DNA of 64,000 nt from the NCBI GenBank assembly GCA_047602425.1, contig JASGHG010000001.1, positions 5,094,925-5,158,924 of the forward strand, in the 5' to 3' direction. The translations under genes were made by a program, and so were the position numbers. The notes under the pieces were generated by a model. It worked only from the letters and a program-made list of their open reading frames with translations. It was not told the DNA's origin and did not search any database. Numbering within the stretch: the first letter of the stretch is position 1; every line of letters begins with the position of its first letter. Source of the DNA: Nibricoccus sp. (lineage in GTDB: Bacteria > Verrucomicrobiota > Verrucomicrobiia > Opitutales > Opitutaceae). Below, piece by piece: positions 58,145 through 64,000 of the stretch.

Positions 58145-59407
58145 TTACGGCACCCGGCGAAGCAAGAGGCTGACGTTCGCACCGCCAAAACCGCTGCTGT
58201 TGCTCATCATGACGTCGACCGTGCGTTGCTCGGTCTTGAGCGGGATGTTCAAATCGGCGCAGGCCGGATCGATGGTCGTGATGTTGGCCGAGCCCGGAAT
58301 AAAACCATCGCGCAGAGCCAAGGCACAGAAGCCAGTCTCCATCGCGCCGGCCAGCGAAAGCCCGTGGCCCGTGAGCGCCTTGGTGCTGCTGACAGCCGGG
58401 CGCGAGCCCGAAGGCGAAAACACCGCGCGGATCGCCTTCGCCTCGGAAATATCGCCAATCGGCGTGGAGGTGCCATGCGCGTTGATGTAGCCGACGTCGG
58501 CCGGGGTGAGCTTGGCCGAACGAAGTGCATGCTCCATGGCGGTGCGCAGACCGGTGCCTTCGGGATGGGAAATGGCGACGTTGTGACCGTCGGAGGCCTG
58601 ACCCCAACCAGCCAGTTCGCAATAAGGTTTCACGCCGCGGCGGGCGACTTCCTCCTCGCTTTCGAGCACGACGACCGTGCCGCCGCCCGTGCCGACAAAT
58701 CCGTCGCGCGCCGCATCGAACGGCCTCGAAGCTTTGTCGGGATCGGCTTGGAGGGACAACGCGCGCATGCCGGCGAACGGCAGCACGCTGTTGATGTTCA
58801 AATCTTCCGCGCCGACGACGAACATGCGTTTCTGGCGGCCGAGCGCGATTTCATCATAGGCAAAACCCATGCCATGCGCGGACGAGGCGCAGGCCGAGGA
58901 GAAGCCACAGGAAGCGCCCTTGATTTTGAAGTGCGCGACGAGGTTGAAATTCAACGTGCCGGCAATCGAGGCGACGATGCCCATCGGCGAGCAACGCATC
59001 ACACCGAGCGTATGCATGCGCTGCATCAAATGACCGAGCATGTGCGGCGAACCGCCCGACGAGGCATAGAGGCCAGTGTGGTCATTGGACCAATCGGCTT
59101 CAGTCAGCTTCGCATCTTCCAACGCCTGCAACATCGCGCAGTGGGCATAAAGCACATTGGAGCTCATGCTGCGGATGAGTTCGCGTTTGATGCTGTAGCG
59201 CGCGGGGTAAGTCCAATCTTCTGGATCGTAGGAGTCGGCTTCGAAGCCTTTTACCGTGGCAGCGACTTTGACCGGGATATCGGGCTTCTGAAAAGGCGGA
59301 TAGAGCACGATTCCGTGACGCAATTCGCGCAGGCTTTGCGTGACCGCAGGTGCGTCATTGCCAATGCTGGTGATAAATCCGAGTCCGGTGATGAAGACCT
59401 TGGGCAT
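58145..59407 (-). CDS. Beta-ketoacyl-ACP synthase (FabB/FabF type)
   Basis: SACASS, NAHGTST, KALTGH catalytic C-H-H. Confidence 0.93.
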   Translation of the reverse strand: MPKVFITGLGFITSIGNDAPAVTQSLRELRHGIVLYPPFQKPDIPVKVAATVKGFEADSYDPEDWTYPARYSIKRELIRSMSSNVLYAHCAMLQALEDAKLTEADWSNDHTGLYASSGGSPHMLGHLMQRMHTLGVMRCSPMGIVASIAGTLNFNLVAHFKIKGASCGFSSACASSAHGMGFAYDEIALGRQKRMFVVGAEDLNINSVLPFAGMRALSLQADPDKASRPFDAARDGFVGTGGGTVVVLESEEEVARRGVKPYCELAGWGQASDGHNVAISHPEGTGLRTAMEHALRSAKLTPADVGYINAHGTSTPIGDISEAKAIRAVFSPSGSRPAVSSTKALTGHGLSLAGAMETGFCALALRDGFIPGSANITTIDPACADLNIPLKTEQRTVDVMMSNSSGFGGANVSLLLRRVP

Positions 59408-59595
59408 CGATCGTTTGAAGGGATTTTAGAGAGCGAAATTGATGACAAACAAGTTGCGGCTCACTGCAAGCCTGCGTGTGCACACGAGTCGTTACGAAGC
59501 GATTTGGACACGAGGCAAACGCTGGCGTTCGTCGTTCAACGGTAAAACCCAACGTCGCCTCCGCCTCCTCCCGCGCATCGAATCGCTTCAGTGGT

Positions 59596-60585
59596 TCAAG
59601 GGGCGGCGGCCGGGGGCGGCGTTGTGGAAGCCGGAGCAGTCGGCACGGGCGCAGCAGGAGCAGCGGCCGATGGCGCCGCAGCTGCAGGAGCGGGCGTTGC
59701 GACTGGATCCATCATGCCATAGGTCAGCGTGATTTCCTCGGCGATGACGGCTTTTTCCTGACCCACACGGATCGAACCTTCGAACGTGGCGAGCGGCATT
59801 TTGGCGCGCTTGGGTTTGACCGTGAGCGAAAGCACATCGCCGGGTTTGCAGATCCGGTGACAGCGGACTCCCTCGCAGGACGTGAAGAAAATCGTCTTGG
59901 GGTCGACCACTTTACCTTCGTCGACCGGGATGACGCCTTCGAGCAAAGCGAGGACGGCAAGCTGACCGAGCGCCTCGATCATGATGGATGCTGGCATCAC
60001 GGGGTTGTCCTTAAAATGGCCTTGGAAGAAGAACTCCTGGCCCGAAATCTTGTACTTGCCGTGCGCAACCTGGTTGTTGACCGCAGCTTCGTTAAGGAAA
60101 AGGAAGGGCGGCTGGATCGGCATGACTGCGCCGATGTGCTCGATGGGCAGGTGGCGGGTAGGCTTTGGCGGTGGAATTCCCCGGGCCTTGCAATCGATGA
60201 AAATCTTAATGTCGCCCACCGTGCGGAGATGGCGGAGCTCCTCATTATTAATCTGCATCTGGAGCACGTCTTCGATGAGAATGACGATTTCCATCATGGT
60301 GAGCGAATCGATGCCGAGATCCTCGACCATGCGCAGATCGTCTTCGCCGGTGTGCAATTTTGGCCGGAGACTCGGCTCGACAAAGCGTTCGATCACACCA
60401 ATGGCGACGACAGGCACGTGCGTGACGTCCCGCGACTTGCGAAACTGCACAGCCGCTTCAACCGTAGCCGAGGAGCATCGCTTTAGCGTCTCCCGCAAGG
60501 TGTTTTCGTCTTCAGCCGTGAACGGCTTGGGAGCGTTGGTTATTTGGGCAGCAGGCCCGCCTTGAGGAATATCAGCTTCAGCCAT
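59596..60585 (-). CDS. Acyl carrier protein-FabZ/FabA dehydratase fusion
   Basis: LGIDSLTMME phosphopantetheine site; FQGHFKDNPVMPASIMIEALGQ. Confidence 0.88.
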   Translation of the reverse strand: MAEADIPQGGPAAQITNAPKPFTAEDENTLRETLKRCSSATVEAAVQFRKSRDVTHVPVVAIGVIERFVEPSLRPKLHTGEDDLRMVEDLGIDSLTMMEIVILIEDVLQMQINNEELRHLRTVGDIKIFIDCKARGIPPPKPTRHLPIEHIGAVMPIQPPFLFLNEAAVNNQVAHGKYKISGQEFFFQGHFKDNPVMPASIMIEALGQLAVLALLEGVIPVDEGKVVDPKTIFFTSCEGVRCHRICKPGDVLSLTVKPKRAKMPLATFEGSIRVGQEKAVIAEEITLTYGMMDPVATPAPAAAAPSAAAPAAPVPTAPASTTPPPAAAP

Positions 60586-60756
60586 GACGTGTGTTGGTTC
60601 AGTAAGTAATTCCCTACCCAGATGTAAACGCTATTTTACCCGTGGGCGGAGAGCGTAGGAGAATTTGGACAGCGGTTAACCAAATCTGTTACTTGCCGTC
60701 TCGAAACAAAGCTCCTTAGCTGGCCCCTCCTTTGAGAGCGAGTGGTTGATTCACGC

Positions 60757-61917
60757 ATGAGCGACGTCCCAACGCTAAATCCAGTCTTCCTCATAACCCA
60801 TGAATTTTATCCGAAACGGGGCGGCATCGCCACGTTCACGGAGGAAATTGCGCGGGCCACCGTGGGCCTCGGTTACCCCGTCGAAGTGTGGGCACAATCG
60901 GCTCCGCCGGAAAAAGAAAAACCCTGGCCCTTCAAATTACACCGCTTGCCCGTGAAGGGCACACACGATTTGTCCTGCCAACTCAAGCTCGCGCGCCAGC
61001 TCATCGCCGCGCGCCGACGTCTTCGTTACGCCACAGTCTATTTGCCCGAGCCCGGCCCGATGCTGGCGATGATGATGCTTCAGTTTTCCCACGCGTTCCG
61101 ACCGCACCGGCTCGTGCTGACTTTCCACGGTTCGGAGATTCTTAAATTTCATCGCAATCCCCTCACCCGCCTACTTACGCGCCGGTTGATCCGACATGCC
61201 TCGCGCATCAGCACACTCACGAATTATACGCATAAACTTCTTTTGACGCATTTCCCCGAAGCCTCGGGCAAAGCTTTTCTCACACCGGGCGCGTTGAGAT
61301 CGGACTTCGCGTTGGTCAACCACGCCAACCATGAGAAAAAGGAAAAGTTGGTGGTGCTCACCGTCGGCCGTTTGCATCCGCGCAAGGGTCAGCTGATCAC
61401 GCTGCACGCCTTGCAGGCGCTCGCTCCGCAATTTCGCAGCCGCATCGAATACTGGATCGTCGGCGGGTCGGCCAAAGGCAACTATGCGAAGCAACTTCGC
61501 CAGGCTGCGCGGGAATCGGATTTCACCGTGCGTTTCCTCGGCAATCTGCCTGACAGCGAACTCGACACGATGTACGACCGCGCCGATATCTTCGCCATGA
61601 CGAGCGTGGAACACGGCCACAGTATCGAGGGCTTTGGTCTCGTCTACCTCGAAGCCTCCGCCCACGGTCTGCCGGTTGTCGGCCACACGATCGGCGGCGT
61701 TGCCGAGGCCGTGATCGACGGCGTGACCGGCTTGCTCGTCCCGCCGAACCATCCTGCACAACTAACCGCCGCCTTCGAACGCCTGATCAGCGACCATCAT
61801 CTCCGCCAGCGCCTCGGCACCGCCGGGATCGACTGGGCCGGCCGCAATTGCTGGAAACAGTCCGCCAATCTCCTTTTCAACCCGGCCAACCTCGCCGTCA
61901 CGCCCGCGCCGTTCTAA
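60757..61917 (+). CDS. Glycosyltransferase family 4
   Basis: VGRLHPRKG, EGFGLVYLEA. Confidence 0.9.
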   Translation: MSDVPTLNPVFLITHEFYPKRGGIATFTEEIARATVGLGYPVEVWAQSAPPEKEKPWPFKLHRLPVKGTHDLSCQLKLARQLIAARRRLRYATVYLPEPGPMLAMMMLQFSHAFRPHRLVLTFHGSEILKFHRNPLTRLLTRRLIRHASRISTLTNYTHKLLLTHFPEASGKAFLTPGALRSDFALVNHANHEKKEKLVVLTVGRLHPRKGQLITLHALQALAPQFRSRIEYWIVGGSAKGNYAKQLRQAARESDFTVRFLGNLPDSELDTMYDRADIFAMTSVEHGHSIEGFGLVYLEASAHGLPVVGHTIGGVAEAVIDGVTGLLVPPNHPAQLTAAFERLISDHHLRQRLGTAGIDWAGRNCWKQSANLLFNPANLAVTPAPF

Positions 61918-61935
61918 AATCGCGCCGCAAAAACC

Positions 61936-62340
61936 ATGCTCCAATCCCGCACGCAGATCAACGTTCGCTACGCCGAAACCGACATGATGGGCATCGTCTA
62001 CCATGGCAGCTACCTGCCTTGGTTTGAAATTGGCCGAACCAATCTCCTCAAAGAATACGGCATACCCTATCGTCAGCTCGAAAAGGACGGCTACTTCCTT
62101 CCGGTGATCGAAGTGCAGGCTAAATACCACCGTCCGGCGGTTTACGACGATATGGTGACCGTCGTCACCACTCTGCGCGAGAAACCCGGCCTGCGCATCA
62201 ATCTCGAATACGAAATCCGCCGCGGAGATGAACTGCTCGTAACCGGTAAAACCTTCCACGCCTTTATCGACCGCGAGGGCCGTCCCGTACGCCCGCCGGT
62301 TTCGTTCACGGAAAAAATCACCGCGCTGTTCGCGGATTAA
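61936..62340 (+). CDS. YbgC/FadM acyl-CoA thioesterase
   Basis: VRYAETDMMGIVYH. Confidence 0.9.
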   Translation: MLQSRTQINVRYAETDMMGIVYHGSYLPWFEIGRTNLLKEYGIPYRQLEKDGYFLPVIEVQAKYHRPAVYDDMVTVVTTLREKPGLRINLEYEIRRGDELLVTGKTFHAFIDREGRPVRPPVSFTEKITALFAD

Positions 62341-63491
62341 GCAACGGTTTCCTGCTCGCAAGCATCGTACTCCGCAAGCACCTCGGGCGCCGTCTCGGCC
62401 GATCTCAGTGCCGCCAGCAATTCGCCCGCGCGTACCGGCCCGGCCAGCCGAAAAACCGCCCAGACCGCATGCGCCCGCACCACCGGCAACTCGTGTCCGG
62501 CGAGGCGAACCAACGCCTCCAGGCAATCGATCGCGCCCGCGTTTGCTGCGACAATACTGGCGTTGCGCAACACACCGGCGAGCTTCACGCGCTTGATCGC
62601 GGTGCCTTTGAAGACCGCCGCAAAACGCTCGGGCGTCAGCTCCAGCAATTCACGCAACGATAACCGCGCGAGGCCGTCCCGCGCCTCAAGCAAGACCCTG
62701 CGACCTTGTTGGGCAAAGCGGTTCCAAGGGCAAACCTCCAGGCACACGTCGCAACCGTAGATGTGCGTGCCGATCTTCCGGCGTAGCTCGCGGGGAATGA
62801 TTCCCCGGTTTTCGATGGTTTGATAGGAAATGCAAAGCCGTGCGTCGACCACGCCCGGTTGCGTGATGGCACCAGTCGGACACGCATCGATGCAGCGCGT
62901 GCATTTCCCGCAGAGCAAACCGATCTGTTCGCCATCGCCAACTTTGACGCGAACCGGCTCATCCGGTTCCAGGTCGGCCGTGGTCAGCACGGCGGCCAGA
63001 AACAGCCAGTTGCCGTGGCGGCGCGAAATCAGCATGCCGTTCTTCCCGATAAAACCCAGTCCGGCGCGCGCCGCCCAACCACGTTCCACCACCGGCCCGG
63101 TATCCACGTAGTAACGGTAATCCGTGCCGGCCAGGCCGCAGATTTCTTCCAGCGCACGGCCTGCGGCGACCAGCGCCGGTTTCAACGTGTCGTGATAATC
63201 CGAATACAGCGCATAACGCGCCCAGATCGGCTGGTCCGGCAATGGCGCCTCCGGCGCGCCCGGCCAGTAGTTCACGCCGAGCAACACCGCCGACCGCGCT
63301 CCGGGCAGAACCTGCCGCGGATCGAGACGTTTTTCGACCGAACGTTCCATCCACTGCATGTCGCCATGCATGCCCTGCCCCAGCCAGTCGCGTAGAAAAC
63401 GTCCTTCGACCGCGCCAAGCCGCACGAAGCGCACGTCATCAAATCCAAGCGCGAGCAAGCGCGCGCGCAACTCCTCGCGCGACGTATTCAT
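62337..63491 (-). CDS. queG: Epoxyqueuosine reductase
   Basis: YVDTGP, CGKCTRCIDACPT, CISY, GCDVCLEVCPWN. Confidence 0.95.
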   Translation of the reverse strand: MNTSREELRARLLALGFDDVRFVRLGAVEGRFLRDWLGQGMHGDMQWMERSVEKRLDPRQVLPGARSAVLLGVNYWPGAPEAPLPDQPIWARYALYSDYHDTLKPALVAAGRALEEICGLAGTDYRYYVDTGPVVERGWAARAGLGFIGKNGMLISRRHGNWLFLAAVLTTADLEPDEPVRVKVGDGEQIGLLCGKCTRCIDACPTGAITQPGVVDARLCISYQTIENRGIIPRELRRKIGTHIYGCDVCLEVCPWNRFAQQGRRVLLEARDGLARLSLRELLELTPERFAAVFKGTAIKRVKLAGVLRNASIVAANAGAIDCLEALVRLAGHELPVVRAHAVWAVFRLAGPVRAGELLAALRSAETAPEVLAEYDACEQETVA

Positions 63492-64000
63492 TTTTTGAAT
63501 TCAGCCGCCTCGCGACGATAGGCGCGAACGACGTGGGCAACGATATCGGTCAGCGGACGTCCATCGGTCAGAATCAAGGTGCCGGCGCGGCGATAAACCG
63601 GCTCGCGTTGGGCGTACAGGGCCTGGATGCGCTCCAGCGGATTTTCAACATTGAGGAGCGGGCGGTGCTTGCTGCCCTGCGTGCGCTTCAAAATCGTTTC
63701 CACCGAAGCATGCAGGCACATCACGATGCCCTTGGATTGCAGCAGTTCCAACATGCCGGGTTGCACAACCAATCCACCGCCACAAGCCACGATGCATTTT
63801 TCCGCCGGATGTCCTTGCTCGATAAACTCGCGTTCCATCGCACGAAACGCCGGCTCGCCCTGGGTCGCGAAAATTTCCGGGATCGGTTTGCCCGCCTTGC
63901 GTTCGATCTCGACGTCGCTATCGAGCAACTGAAAACCCATGCGTTGCGCCACGGCGCGGCCCACGGTCGTTTTGCCCGTGCCCATGAAGCCGACAAAATA
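63488..64000 (-). CDS. aroK: Shikimate kinase (5' partial)
   Basis: GFMGTGKT, GEPAFR, GGG, RPLL. Confidence 0.93.
   Translation of the reverse strand, partial: YFVGFMGTGKTTVGRAVAQRMGFQLLDSDVEIERKAGKPIPEIFATQGEPAFRAMEREFIEQGHPAEKCIVACGGGLVVQPGMLELLQSKGIVMCLHASVETILKRTQGSKHRPLLNVENPLERIQALYAQREPVYRRAGTLILTDGRPLTDIVAHVVRAYRREAAEFKK

Noticed and set aside
1..64000. tRNA or rRNA genes
   Set aside because: None recognised by eye in the intergenic regions.

Overview
GC-rich bacterial chromosome segment; gene content suggests Verrucomicrobiota/Opitutaceae (inference). Housekeeping and envelope genes (menC/menE, trpF, acs, rho, hisF, phoH, pilT, sugar-nucleotide and glycosyltransferase genes, queG, aroK) flank a ~17 kb integron at ~36050-53074. 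The integron has a long IntI on the + strand, an attI, and 19 minus-strand cassettes with attC sites; three cassettes are duplicated. Two unrelated IS110-family elements have invaded the array. IS-A (three 1757-bp copies) always inserts at the same base on the R''/L'' side of attC. IS-B (one copy, apparently right-truncated) inserts inside the R' GTTRRRY box. The 3' non-coding end of each element contains a readable two-loop bridge-RNA/seekRNA-like structure whose guides match the attC target and the element's own ends, and one guide base differs between IS-A copies 1 and 2 in step with their targets. The integron sits between two halves of a candidate glyco(sphingo)lipid cluster (SPT-like enzyme, ACP-FabZ fusion, FabB/F, SDR, several GTs). 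All calls come from motif recognition and manual alignment; no searches or folding programs were run.
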